Positions 18,498-31,837 of a stretch of 64,000 bases of DNA are shown here, piece after piece. A program made the translations under genes and the position numbers. The stretch comes from Burkholderiales bacterium (GTDB lineage: Bacteria > Pseudomonadota > Gammaproteobacteria > Burkholderiales > Ga0077523), in assembly GCA_019747905.1 (NCBI GenBank), contig JAIEQG010000007.1, positions 17,189 to 81,188 of the forward strand, written 5' to 3'. Below the pieces are notes generated by a model, which searched no databases, was not told the origin of the DNA, and saw only the letters and a list, made by a program, of their open reading frames with translations. How positions within the stretch are numbered: the first letter of the stretch is position 1; each line of letters opens with the position of its first letter.

Positions 18498-18589
18498 GGC
18501 GGAGAGGGTGGGATTCGAACCCACGTGCCAGGTTTCCCTGACCATCTGATTTCGAGTCAGCGCCGTTGTGACCGCTTCGGTACCTCTCC
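18497..18589 (-). tRNA. tRNA-Ser (anticodon CGA), class II with long variable arm, CCA encoded
   Basis: Reverse complement reads GGAGAGG-TA-...-CT-CGA-AA-...-GTGGGTTCGAATCCCAC-CCTCTCC-G-CCA. It has a 7-bp acceptor stem, a canonical T-arm and a 6-bp variable-arm stem. Confidence 0.93.
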
Positions 18590-18657
18590 GGCGGACCGCA
18601 ATTGTAACACCGCAATTTCGCTGGTCAGGCCGGCATTCGAGGAGCGAGGATAGCGCC

Positions 18658-21376
<2,719 letters not shown>

Positions 21377-21390
21377 CTAACCTCTTTCAA

Positions 21391-21494
21391 CACGAAGGAC
21401 GCGAAGGACACGAAGGCCCACGAAGAAAAAGCGCAGAGCCCTTGTTCAGCTCACTTTGTGTCCTTCGTGCTCTTCGTGTCCTTCGTGTTCGAAG
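21391..21494. repeat. REP family B: large imperfect palindrome built from ACGAAGGAC-type 9-mers
   Basis: Left arm 'cacgaaggacgcgaaggacacgaaggcccacgaag', right arm 'tgtccttcgtgctcttcgtgtccttcgtgttcgaag'. The first 31 nt, counted from 'ttcaacacgaagg...', are identical to the inverted copy at 26972-27083. Confidence 0.7.
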
Positions 21495-22800
21495 CTTTTC
21501 TGTATTCGGCGTCGAGCTCCCGCAGATGCGCGAGCTTCTCGCCGATCTTGCCCTCCAGTCCACGCGGCGTCGGCTCGTAGAAGCGCGGCACCTTGAGGTC
21601 GTCGGGCATGTAGGTCTCGCCGGCGGCATAGGCTTCCGGCTCGTCGTGGGCGTAGCGATACTGCCTGCCGTAGCCCAGCTCCTTCATGAGCTTGGTCGGC
21701 GCGTTGCGCAAGTGCAGCGGCACCGCGCGCGAGCCGTCGTTCTTCACGAAATCACGCGCCGCATTATAGGCGACGTAGGCCGCGTTGCTCTTCGGTGCAC
21801 ATGCCAGATAGATCACCGCCTGCGCGATCGCGAGTTCGCCCTCGGGGGAACCGAGCCGCTCGTAGGTTTCGCAGGCATCGAGCGCGAGTTGCAGGCCACG
21901 CGGGTCGGCGATCCCGATGTCCTCGATCGCCATGCGGATCACGCGTCTGCCCACGTACAGCGGGTCGGCACCGCCGTCCAGCATGCGGCAGCACCAGTAC
22001 AACGCGGCATCGGGGTTCGACCCGCGCACGGACTTGTGCAACGCCGAGATCTGGTCGTAGAAGGCTTCTCCGCCCTTGTCGAAGCGGCGCAGGTTCTGGG
22101 CGAGGGTGCCTTGCAGGAATTCCTCGTCGACGTCGTTGCGTTGCGCCGCGCTCGCGGCCGCGCGGATCGTCTCCAGCATGTTGAGCAGCCGCCGCGCGTC
22201 GCCGTCGGCCGCCCCGATCATCATGCGTTTCGCGCCGTCGGTGAAAGCGAGCCCCGCCAGCGCGCGTTCGCGTGCGCGCTCGAAGAGCACATCGAGCTCT
22301 TCGGGAGTCAGAGAGTTCAGGACGTACACCGCGGCGCGCGACAGCAACGCTCCGTTCACCTCGAACGACGGATTCTCCGTCGTGGCTCCGATGAAGGTGA
22401 CCACCCCCTGCTCGACGTAGGGCAGAAAGGCATCCTGCTGCGCCTTGTTGAAGCGATGCACTTCGTCGACGAACAGGATGGTGTGGCGGCCGGTCCGCGC
22501 CAGCGTGTCCTGCGCCTGGGCGACCGCTTCGCGGATGTCCTTGACGCCGGAGAACACGGCCGACAGAGCGATGAACTCCGCCTCGAAGGTGTGAGCCAGC
22601 AGGCGGGCCAGCGTGGTCTTGCCCACGCCCGGCGGCCCCCACAGGATCATCGAATGCGGCCGCCCGGATTCGACGGCGAGGCGCAGCGGCTTGCCCGGTC
22701 CGACGAGGTGAGCCTGGCCGACCACGTCGTCGATCCGCTGCGGGCGCATCTGCTCTGCCAGCGGAACGAGGCCGGTGGGCGGCGGGAACAGGTCGGACAT
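21451..22800 (-). CDS. rarA: Replication-associated recombination protein A (RarA/MgsA AAA+ ATPase)
   Basis: Walker A '[13 protein letters not shown]', '[12 protein letters not shown]'. The C-terminal tail [12 protein letters not shown] is encoded by the REP-B arm. Confidence 0.95.
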   Translation of the reverse strand: MSDLFPPPTGLVPLAEQMRPQRIDDVVGQAHLVGPGKPLRLAVESGRPHSMILWGPPGVGKTTLARLLAHTFEAEFIALSAVFSGVKDIREAVAQAQDTLARTGRHTILFVDEVHRFNKAQQDAFLPYVEQGVVTFIGATTENPSFEVNGALLSRAAVYVLNSLTPEELDVLFERARERALAGLAFTDGAKRMMIGAADGDARRLLNMLETIRAAASAAQRNDVDEEFLQGTLAQNLRRFDKGGEAFYDQISALHKSVRGSNPDAALYWCCRMLDGGADPLYVGRRVIRMAIEDIGIADPRGLQLALDACETYERLGSPEGELAIAQAVIYLACAPKSNAAYVAYNAARDFVKNDGSRAVPLHLRNAPTKLMKELGYGRQYRYAHDEPEAYAAGETYMPDDLKVPRFYEPTPRGLEGKIGEKLAHLRELDAEYRKASNTKDTKSTKDTK

Positions 22801-22820
22801 GGGATTCTGCTAGCGCTGCG

Positions 22821-22913
22821 GCCCCCATCCCGACCTTCCCCCAGACAAGCTGGGGGAAGGAGCCGTACACCCCCTCCCCCACGCGCAGCGTGGGGGAGGG
22901 ATGGGGTGGGGGC
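22821..22913 (+). repeat. REP family A unit (two inner hairpins inside an outer stem)
   Basis: 'gcccccatccc gac cttccccca-gacaagc-tgggggaagg agccgtacac ccctccccc-acgcgcagcg-tgggggaggg atggggtgggggc'. The outer flanks are mutually complementary. Confidence 0.8.
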
Positions 22914-22932
22914 AATGCTTCACATCCAACGC

Positions 22933-23550
22933 CTACTGATCCCCGACCACATCCGCCCCTTCGGGCGGCGTGAAGCGGAACAGGTCGGCCGCGAACTTGG
23001 GATTGCGCTCGAGCTTGGTGAACTTGATCGTCGTCACCTGGCCGAGCCGGTCGTAGAGCTGCATCGATTCGGGGTTCGCGCGACGAAATCCCAAACGCAT
23101 CTTCTCGAACTGGCTGTCCGGGTCCGTGGGTGTCGCCTCCACCCAGTCGAGCCCGTCCTTCTTCGGCAGCTGGGCGAAGGTGTAGGCGCGATCGAGATCG
23201 TTGCTGCCGGCCAGCAGTGCCGCGGGGCTCGACCCGAGCGCATCACCCATGGCCTTCACCGTGACCTGGTTCAAGTCCTTGTCGTAGACCCAGACCCTGC
23301 TGCCGTCGCCCACGATCAGCTGCTCGTACGGCTTCACGTAAGCCCAGCGGAACTTGCCCGGCCGCTGGAACAGGAACGTGCCCATGGACTGCGCCACCGG
23401 CTTGCCGGCACCGTCCACCACCGTCTGGATGAACTCGGCCTTGGCACCGCGCACTTCCGTGACGAAACTCTTGATGAGGTCGGCGCCGGCCGCCAGGGAT
23501 ACCTGTGCGAACCCCGCCAGGATTGCTGCAACGATGATACGCACCTTCAT
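22933..23550 (-). CDS. lolA: Outer-membrane lipoprotein carrier LolA
   Basis: Start at ATG 23550 (ATGA overlap with the ftsK stop). 205 aa, signal peptide '[20 protein letters not shown]', '[24 protein letters not shown]'. Confidence 0.9.
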   Translation of the reverse strand: MKVRIIVAAILAGFAQVSLAAGADLIKSFVTEVRGAKAEFIQTVVDGAGKPVAQSMGTFLFQRPGKFRWAYVKPYEQLIVGDGSRVWVYDKDLNQVTVKAMGDALGSSPAALLAGSNDLDRAYTFAQLPKKDGLDWVEATPTDPDSQFEKMRLGFRRANPESMQLYDRLGQVTTIKFTKLERNPKFAADLFRFTPPEGADVVGDQ

Positions 23551-25868
23551 TCGCTCCTTGCCGGAACCAGCACTTCGCGGTTCCCGTTGGTGGCCATGCT
23601 CGACACGAGCCCGGCCCGTTCCATCTGTTCGATCAGCCGCGCGGCGCGGTTGTAGCCGATGCGCAGCTGGCGCTGCACGAGCGAGATCGAAGCCCTGCGT
23701 GTCTTGATCACGACCGCCACGGCCTCGTCGTACAACGGATCGGACTCGCCGCCGCCCTCGCCGTTCAATCCTTCGCCCTCGCCACCCTCTTCGCCCTCGT
23801 TGCCGTCGAGGATGCCGTCGATGTACTGCGGCGCTCCGCGCGATTTCAGGTACTCGACCACCTTGTGCACCTCGTCGTCGGCGACATAGGCGCCGTGCAC
23901 CCGCTGCGGGAAGCCGGTACCCGGCGGCAGGTAGAGCATGTCGCCCTGTCCGAGCAGCGCTTCCGCCCCCATCTGGTCGAGGATGGTGCGCGAGTCGATC
24001 TTCGAGGACACCTGGAACGCGACCCGCGTCGGGATGTTCGCCTTGATGAGACCGGTGATCACGTCCACTGAAGGCCGCTGGGTCGCGAGGATGAGGTGGA
24101 TGCCGGCCGCCCGCGCCTTCTGCGCGAGCCGCGCGATCAGTTCTTCCACCTTCTTGCCGACGACCATCATGAGGTCGGCCAGCTCGTCGATGACCACGAC
24201 GATCAGGGGCAGTTCCTGCAGCGGTTCCGGTGCCTCGGGCGTGATGGTGAAGGGATTGGTGATGGGCTGGCCGGCCTTGTGCGCATCCTTGATCTTGGTG
24301 TTGAAGCCCGCGAGGTTGCGCACGCCGAGCGACGACATCAGCTTGTAGCGGCGCTCCATCTCGGCCACGCACCACTGCAGCGCGTAAGCCGCCTGCTTCA
24401 TGTCGACGACCACGGGTGCGAGCAGGTGCGGGATGCCTTCGTACACCGACAGCTCCAGCATCTTCGGATCCACCAGGATCAGCCGCACTTCGTTCGGCGT
24501 GGCCTTGTACAGCAGCGACAGGATCATCGCGTTGATGGCCACCGACTTGCCCGAACCGGTCGTGCCCGCCACCAGCAGGTGCGGCATCTTCGCGAGGTCG
24601 GCCACGACCGGCTTGCCCGCGATGTCCTTGCCCATGGCGAGAGTCAGCGCCGAGCCCATGTCGGCGTACACCTGCGACGACACGATCTCCGACAGCCGTA
24701 CCACCTGCCGGCGCGGATTCGGGATCTCGAGCCCCATGTACGACTTGCCGGGAATGGTCTCGACCACACGGATGCTGATCACCGACAGTGCCCGCGCAAG
24801 ATCCTTCACCAGGTTCACGATCTGGCTGCCCTTGACTCCTGTCGCCGGCTCGATCTCGTAGCGCGTGATGACAGGCCCCGGATACGCGGCCAGTACCTTC
24901 ACCTCGATGCCGAAATCCATCAGCTTCTTCTCGATCAGGCGCGAGGTGTAGTCGAGCGTGTCGGCCGACAGCACTTCGATGTTCTCCGGCGGATCGTCCA
25001 GCAGTTCCAGCGGCGGCAGCGGCGAATCGGGCAGGTCGTGGAACAGCGGCTTCTGCTTTTCCTTGGCGACGCGCTTCGATTTCGGGATTTCCATCACGGG
25101 CGGCTCGATGCGGATCGGCTCGCGCTCGTCCACGTCGAGACGCTCGCGGGTCACCTCGACCACTTCCTCGCGCTGGATCGCCGCTTCCTCGCCCAGGCGG
25201 CGATCGCGCCGCTCTTCCAGGCGTTCCGCCACCATGCCCCAGGCACGCTCGAGCAAATGCCCGATGCGCTCGGACACCGCCAGCCACGAGATGCCGGTGA
25301 ACAGCGACAGGCCGATGGCGATCGCCACGATCAGCAGCAGCGTCCCGCCGACGAAACCCACGCTCGCCTGCAGCCCGCCCGACAGGATCTCGCCGAGCAT
25401 GCCACCCGGCACGTACGGCAGCGCGATCCCGACCGAATGCAGGCGCATGGTCTCGAACCCGCTCGACGCCACCAGCAGCAGCGCGAACCCGCCCAGGGCG
25501 ATGTAGACCGGCCGCCGGTCGTCGGGCCGCCCGGTTTCGAGACGCCGGTACATCCAGTACACGGCTAGCAGGCACAGCACGACCAGCCACCAGGCCGACA
25601 GACCGAAGATGTACAGCAGCAGGTCCGCAAGCCAGGCGCCGAACGCACCGCCGGCATTGGCGACATTGGAATCGGTGGCCGCGTGCGACCACCCCGGGTC
25701 GGATTTCCGGAAGGTGGTGAGAATCAGCGCGAGAAACGCCCCGACGCCCGCGAAGGCGATCCACCAGGCTTCGCGGACGAGCAGTACGAGGCGTGGCGGC
25801 AGGGGTGCTGTCTCGGGCGCTTTAACCGCGCGGGCGCGAGCCATCAGGTCCTTGATTATTCGGGTCAA
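23547..25868 (-). CDS. ftsK: DNA translocase FtsK
   Basis: 773 aa. N-terminal TM segments, motor domain '[25 protein letters not shown]', C-terminal gamma (winged-helix) '[24 protein letters not shown]'. TTG start; an ATG 8 codons downstream is an alternative. Confidence 0.95.
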   Translation of the reverse strand: MTRIIKDLMARARAVKAPETAPLPPRLVLLVREAWWIAFAGVGAFLALILTTFRKSDPGWSHAATDSNVANAGGAFGAWLADLLLYIFGLSAWWLVVLCLLAVYWMYRRLETGRPDDRRPVYIALGGFALLLVASSGFETMRLHSVGIALPYVPGGMLGEILSGGLQASVGFVGGTLLLIVAIAIGLSLFTGISWLAVSERIGHLLERAWGMVAERLEERRDRRLGEEAAIQREEVVEVTRERLDVDEREPIRIEPPVMEIPKSKRVAKEKQKPLFHDLPDSPLPPLELLDDPPENIEVLSADTLDYTSRLIEKKLMDFGIEVKVLAAYPGPVITRYEIEPATGVKGSQIVNLVKDLARALSVISIRVVETIPGKSYMGLEIPNPRRQVVRLSEIVSSQVYADMGSALTLAMGKDIAGKPVVADLAKMPHLLVAGTTGSGKSVAINAMILSLLYKATPNEVRLILVDPKMLELSVYEGIPHLLAPVVVDMKQAAYALQWCVAEMERRYKLMSSLGVRNLAGFNTKIKDAHKAGQPITNPFTITPEAPEPLQELPLIVVVIDELADLMMVVGKKVEELIARLAQKARAAGIHLILATQRPSVDVITGLIKANIPTRVAFQVSSKIDSRTILDQMGAEALLGQGDMLYLPPGTGFPQRVHGAYVADDEVHKVVEYLKSRGAPQYIDGILDGNEGEEGGEGEGLNGEGGGESDPLYDEAVAVVIKTRRASISLVQRQLRIGYNRAARLIEQMERAGLVSSMATNGNREVLVPARSE

Positions 25869-25944
25869 GCATGCGCGATTATAGTCGTGACGCGCGCCTC
25901 GCAGCCATGCTTGCCGGCACTGAATCGACAGCCTCGCGGTCTAG

Positions 25945-26949
<1,005 letters not shown>

Positions 26950-26971
26950 ACTTAAAGAGCGCAAAGCGTTG

Positions 26972-27083
26972 CACACGAAGGACACCAAGGAGGTCACGAA
27001 GGACACGAAGGAAGACCTGAAGAGTTCCTTCGTTCGTTTCCTTCGTGTTCCTTCGTGTCCTTCGCGTCCTTCGTGTTGAAGGA
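26972..27083. repeat. REP family B copy, inverted relative to 21391-21494
   Basis: 'cacacgaaggacaccaaggaggtcacgaaggacacgaaggaag ... ttccttcgttcgtttccttcgtgttccttcgtgtccttcgcgtccttcgtgttgaagg'. Lies between the trxB stop and the smr start. Confidence 0.7.
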
Positions 27084-27100
27084 TGTTCTGACCCTCCAAC

Positions 27101-27664
27101 ATGGCCACCGACCCCGACGACGACGCCTCCGCCTTCCTCGAAGAGGTGAAGGACGTGGCCCCCATCCGCGCCAAGCAGCGGGTCGCCGCACCCCCCAAGC
27201 GACCGCCGCCGGTGCCGGTGCAGAGCGCGCTCGATGAACGCGAGGCCCTGGCCGACAGCCTGAGCGACAAGGTGGCCGACGAGATCCGCCTCGAGATCGG
27301 CGAGGAATTGTCCTGGCGCCGCGACGGCATCCCGCACGACACGTTGCGCCGCCTGCGCCGCGGTGAATGGGCGATGCAGGACCAACTCGACCTGCACGGA
27401 TTGACGGTGGAGGAAGCGCGTGCCCTGCTCACTTCGTTCCTCGACGCCTCCGTCAAGCGCGGGCTGCGCTGCATCCGCGTCGTGCACGGCAAGGGCTACC
27501 GGTCGGCCAACGGTGAGCCCGTGTTGAAGCGCAAGGTGGCCGGCTGGCTCACCCAGCGCGACGCGGTGCTCGCCTACGTGCAGGCGCGCCCGGAGGACGG
27601 TGGCGGCGGCGCGGTGGTCGTGCTGCTGAAGGGACTGAAGCGAGCTCCAGTACCCTTGCCCTGA
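27101..27664 (+). CDS. Smr/MutS2-family endonuclease domain protein
   Basis: 187 aa. C-terminal Smr domain 'LDLHGLTVEEARALL...IRVVHGKG...VLKRKVAGWL'. Confidence 0.85.
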   Translation: MATDPDDDASAFLEEVKDVAPIRAKQRVAAPPKRPPPVPVQSALDEREALADSLSDKVADEIRLEIGEELSWRRDGIPHDTLRRLRRGEWAMQDQLDLHGLTVEEARALLTSFLDASVKRGLRCIRVVHGKGYRSANGEPVLKRKVAGWLTQRDAVLAYVQARPEDGGGGAVVVLLKGLKRAPVPLP

Positions 27665-29332
27665 TCAGGCTGCCTGCTGGCGCGGGCGCCCCTCCAGCGC
27701 CAGGTACTGGTGGATCAGCGCGATCGCCATGCTGCCTTCACCGACCGCCGAAGCCACACGCTTGACCGGACTCAGTCGAACATCCCCGCACGCGAACACA
27801 CCGGGAGCACTGGTCTCGAGCAGATACGGATCGCGCTGGTGCGACCAGCGCCCCGCGTTGACCACGTCGTCGCCGGTCAGCACGTAACCGCGTTTGTCGC
27901 GGGCAATCGCGGCCGGCAACCAGTCCGTATCCGCGTCCGCCCCGATGAACACGAACAACCCGCCGCAGTCCTGCCGGCTCAATTTGCCGTCGGGGCCGCG
28001 CACGTCGATCGCCGTCAGGTGGGTCTCGCCGTGCACTGCGTCCACTTCGGAGCGCAGCTGCACGATGACATTGGTCTTGTGGGCGAGCTGCTCGATCAGA
28101 TAGCGGGACATGCTCTTTTCGAGCGAGTCCCCGCGCACCACCAGGTTCACGCTGCGGGCGTGGTTGGCAAAATGCAGTGCCGCCTGTCCTGCCGAGTTGC
28201 CCGCGCCGATCAGGTGCACGTCCAGACCGTGGGTAACGCCGGCCTCGCTGCGCGCGGCGCCGTAGTAGATGCCCTTGCCGATCAGTTCGTCGAAACGCTT
28301 CAAGTTGAGCCGGCGCCAGCTCACACCGGTGGCCAGCACGATGGTGCGTGCCCGGACAACCTCTTCGCCGTCGAGGCACACCTCGCCCGTACCGGGATCC
28401 ATGCGAGTCACCCGTCTCGTCACCAGGATCTCGGCGCCGAGGCGGCGCGCCTGCTGCAGGGCACGGCTCGCCAGTTCGTCGCCGGAAACCCCGCTGGGAA
28501 ACCCGAGATAGTTCTCGATGCGCGTGGACGTGCCGGCCTGGCCGCCCGGGGCTTCGCGTTCCACGACGATCGTGCGCAACCCTTCCGAAGCGCCATACAC
28601 AGCAGCGGCGAGCCCTGCCGGCCCACCACCGATGATCATCGTGTCGTATTCGAGTTGCCGCGGTCGGGTCTGCAGCCCCAAGGCTTCGGCGAGCTCGCGC
28701 GCCTTGGGGCGCCGCATCAGAGTCCCGTTGTCCAGCCGGGCCAGCGCTTCGTCCCCCTCAGCCGATACCAGCTCGGGCCACTTCAGCTTGAGATCAGGGG
28801 CATCGCGGGTGATCCAGTCAAAAGTGACCTGGTTGCGCGCCAGGAAGCGGCGCAGATCGGCACAATGGGTATCCCACCGGTGGCCGAGCAAGGTCACCCG
28901 TGACTTAGGCGGTTGCGCGGCAAGGCCCTGCAGTCCGCTGATCCGATCGCGCGCCATGGCACCCAGTTGCTCCGAAATCTCGGGCGCCTCGGCCGCGATG
29001 GTGAAGTACCACCGCGCATCCACCCGCATCACGCGTGACGGCTCGGCAGCACGAAAGCTGCCCTGGAACACGGTGCCGAACACGATCGGAATCTCGCCGA
29101 ACATCGCACCGGCAGTGCGCCAGCCCAGGTGGCGCTCGATGCCGTCCACCAGTTTCACGACCTCGATCTTGCCCGCGAGTACTGCAAAGAGCGCGCGTTC
29201 CCCGCCTTCGTGGACCGCATATTCGCCGGGATCGAGACGGATATCCGCGGAGGTTTCCGCAAGACGCTGCAGCAGCGCCGGCGCCAGCGTGGAAAACAGC
29301 GGGACTGCGCGGACATCGTCGATGAGTAGCAT
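27665..29332 (-). CDS. Cyclic-nucleotide-binding domain fused to a thioredoxin-reductase-like FAD/NAD(P) oxidoreductase lacking the CXXC centre
   Basis: Start at ATG 29332. The N-terminal cNMP fold carries 'FGEIPIVFG...FRAAE'. FAD motif 'IIGGGPAGLAAAVYGASEG', NAD(P) motif 'LIGAGNSAGQAALHFA'. 'GAARSE' occupies the position of the TrxB CATCDG. Confidence 0.85.
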   Translation of the reverse strand: MLLIDDVRAVPLFSTLAPALLQRLAETSADIRLDPGEYAVHEGGERALFAVLAGKIEVVKLVDGIERHLGWRTAGAMFGEIPIVFGTVFQGSFRAAEPSRVMRVDARWYFTIAAEAPEISEQLGAMARDRISGLQGLAAQPPKSRVTLLGHRWDTHCADLRRFLARNQVTFDWITRDAPDLKLKWPELVSAEGDEALARLDNGTLMRRPKARELAEALGLQTRPRQLEYDTMIIGGGPAGLAAAVYGASEGLRTIVVEREAPGGQAGTSTRIENYLGFPSGVSGDELASRALQQARRLGAEILVTRRVTRMDPGTGEVCLDGEEVVRARTIVLATGVSWRRLNLKRFDELIGKGIYYGAARSEAGVTHGLDVHLIGAGNSAGQAALHFANHARSVNLVVRGDSLEKSMSRYLIEQLAHKTNVIVQLRSEVDAVHGETHLTAIDVRGPDGKLSRQDCGGLFVFIGADADTDWLPAAIARDKRGYVLTGDDVVNAGRWSHQRDPYLLETSAPGVFACGDVRLSPVKRVASAVGEGSMAIALIHQYLALEGRPRQQAA

Positions 29333-29572
29333 TGCGTTTGCTCGATTGGCCGGGCCCGCGGCGGACCGTCCACGGAAGCCGCGCTGGTCTCGTGGCCCTG
29401 CGCTGCGCAGGCCATTTGTTGTCACCGCGAAGCGGGCGGACCCCTGCCCCGTTCGCGCGCCGACTTCTACCACCCTTTGGAATCGCGGCGCAAGGCGCTC
29501 GGGAGCCGAGCGGTGTTGGGGGCTGCCCACACCCGGGGAAGAGGCTGCAAGGCCTGCCCGGGACTTGTCGCC

Positions 29573-31498
29573 TCAATCCTCCGCCAGCACGATGATCTGG
29601 TCCTGCGCCGAGAAGCGCAGCTTCTCCGACTTCGTGGGATTCACCTTGACGCCGTATCCCGCCTTCGGGTCGTTGGCCTGCGCGGCCAGGCGGTAGCCCA
29701 GCGCCGTTTCGCCGCGCATCGCGGCGGACTCGAGCAGCGTGTGGAAGTCGACTTCGACCCCGGCCTTCACATACTGGGTGACGGAGCGGATGTAGATCTC
29801 CGACCCCTCGGCGCTGAAGAGCTGCCGGAACACCTTGTCGAGCGCCTTGTTCTCCGACAACTGCGACAGCATGAGGCTTGCGAGCTTGTCGCTCACGATG
29901 AAGTCGTCGGCCTGCGCGACCAGGGCTAGTGCACGGTTCTTGATGTCCATCATCTCGCTGACGATGCTCAACTTGCGTCCGGCGCGCCGGGCGATGTTGC
30001 GCAGGTGCAGCAGCGCGATCAGGGTCTGCGCGTCCGCCTCCTGCACCGGCAGGTCCGTGTAGCTCATCAGGATGATGTGATCGAAATCCTGCACCTTGAT
30101 CGCGTCGAGGGTGCGGCGGTCCGTGATCGAGCCGTCGGCGAAGCGCAGCGTCTGCCGGCCGAGCTTCTTCGACAAGGCGAGCAACGTGTCGCGTGCGCCG
30201 GCGCGCTGGCACATCACCACGACTTCGGAGCCCGGCGCCACGTAGTTCTCCAGCTCGCGCACGATGGCTTCGGTCTTCTCGTTCCACCCCAGCAGCAGGG
30301 TGCGCTCCGGCGCAGCTGCGGGCTTCTCCCCCTGAACGATCGCGCCGCGATCCGGTGCCGGCGCCGCGGCAGTGGCGAGCACGATGGTGTCGTCGTCTTC
30401 GCTGATCGCGATCACCTGGTCGCCCGCCGCGATGCGCGTCTGCATCGGCGGGTTGATCAGCACCTCACCGTCCGCGCGCATGATCCCCATCACGGCCGAT
30501 TCGTCGTAGGCCGCCACTGCCTGGCGATAGGATTTTCCGACCAGGGCAGGCTCTTCCTTGAAGTAGATCTCGGCGCCGTCGAAATCGAGCAGCTCGGTGT
30601 ACACGACACTGAGGCCCGACTGCCGGCAGGTCTGCGCGGTGACGCGTGCGATCAGGTCTTCGCTCTGCACGAAGATCGTCTCGTCGCCGCCCACGAGCTG
30701 CGCGGCTTCGAGGTTTCTCCGGTCGCGCAGTTCGGCGACGATGTGATAAGGCGCCTCCTTGCGATCCGGGTTGTTCGTAACCGCCATCACCGACTTGATC
30801 ACGTGGATGTCGGGATTGCCCGCTTCCGGTGCGAGCACGATGATCGAACGCGCCGAGTGCGGGTCGACGACCGCCAGATCGTCCAGGTCCAGCGGATCCC
30901 CGCGCCGGCAGATGACGGCGGTGTTGCCGGTGCTGGGAAACTTCGCACGGATGTCGTCCTCCATGTCGACCTTGTCCCGGTCGGCCAGGATGACGATGCG
31001 GGCGTTCTTCCGGTTCTCGTTGGCGATCAGGAGTTCGCCGATGATCGAGAAGATCTTGCTCGACCAGCCCAGGATGAGCGTGTGGTCCGATTCGATGACG
31101 CGCGAGCGGCCCTTGCGCATTTCCGTCAGGCGCGCGTCCAGGTCCGACGTGATGGTGCCGATCAGCATGCTCACCACGAAGATACCGGCGATCGTGACGG
31201 CCAGCATCACCAGGCGCAGGCCCCAGCCCTGGTCGCCGGCGAGAGTCCCGGGGTCCATGGTGTGCAGGAGGCTGTGCCAGCCGCCCTCCAGCAGACCGTA
31301 GTCCGAGGCGGGATCCTTCGGATCCTGGGTCATCCGGAACGACACCAGGACTGCCGTCGCGACGACGACGATCGAAAGCGAGATCAGCGCGAGCCAGCCG
31401 ATGATGGCGATCGCGCCCTTGGCAAGGGTCTTTTCGAAACGGTAGCGCAGGTGGTCGCGCCAACCGGGCGTGAATCGGGACAAGAGCGGGATCTCCAT
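29573..31498 (-). CDS. CASTOR/POLLUX-related putative ion channel with tandem RCK/TrkA-N domains
   Basis: Start taken at ATG 31498 ('MEIPLLSRF'); the longer ORF to 31600 is possible. TM helices, pore-loop-like 'TMDPGTLAGDQGWG', RCK motif 'HTLILGWSSKIFSIIGELL'. Confidence 0.75.
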   Translation of the reverse strand: MEIPLLSRFTPGWRDHLRYRFEKTLAKGAIAIIGWLALISLSIVVVATAVLVSFRMTQDPKDPASDYGLLEGGWHSLLHTMDPGTLAGDQGWGLRLVMLAVTIAGIFVVSMLIGTITSDLDARLTEMRKGRSRVIESDHTLILGWSSKIFSIIGELLIANENRKNARIVILADRDKVDMEDDIRAKFPSTGNTAVICRRGDPLDLDDLAVVDPHSARSIIVLAPEAGNPDIHVIKSVMAVTNNPDRKEAPYHIVAELRDRRNLEAAQLVGGDETIFVQSEDLIARVTAQTCRQSGLSVVYTELLDFDGAEIYFKEEPALVGKSYRQAVAAYDESAVMGIMRADGEVLINPPMQTRIAAGDQVIAISEDDDTIVLATAAAPAPDRGAIVQGEKPAAAPERTLLLGWNEKTEAIVRELENYVAPGSEVVVMCQRAGARDTLLALSKKLGRQTLRFADGSITDRRTLDAIKVQDFDHIILMSYTDLPVQEADAQTLIALLHLRNIARRAGRKLSIVSEMMDIKNRALALVAQADDFIVSDKLASLMLSQLSENKALDKVFRQLFSAEGSEIYIRSVTQYVKAGVEVDFHTLLESAAMRGETALGYRLAAQANDPKAGYGVKVNPTKSEKLRFSAQDQIIVLAED

Positions 31499-31837
31499 GG
31501 GTGGCAGGACGGGATGCCCGCTGACCGCGTGGCATGCGCCGCCGGCTTCATCTGGAGCGGATATCCCATTGGGATGCTCCATCGGCGCGGCATGACACAT
31601 CCCGAGTGGGGTTATCGTCCCGTTGCGCGGGGAATTGAGGACTCAGGCTCGTGCCGCACCATCCGAATCGGAACGACCGGTCCATTGCGGGCACCGCCGC
31701 AGTAGCGCACACAGGGCAGCAGCGGCATCCGGATCACGCGACGCCCGCCGGCAGGCTCGGCGTCAGGAAGCCATGGTGCAACGCAGCGAAGCATAGGATA
31801 CTTTGGCCATCCGCCGCCCACCTCCCGCTCCGCTCCC

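Noticed and set aside
22933-25764. 943-aa minus-strand ORF spanning the lolA and ftsK regions.
   Set aside because: Only the last 205 aa (from ATG 23550) are LolA. The upstream part is an out-of-frame shadow over ftsK, whose true frame is 23547-25868.
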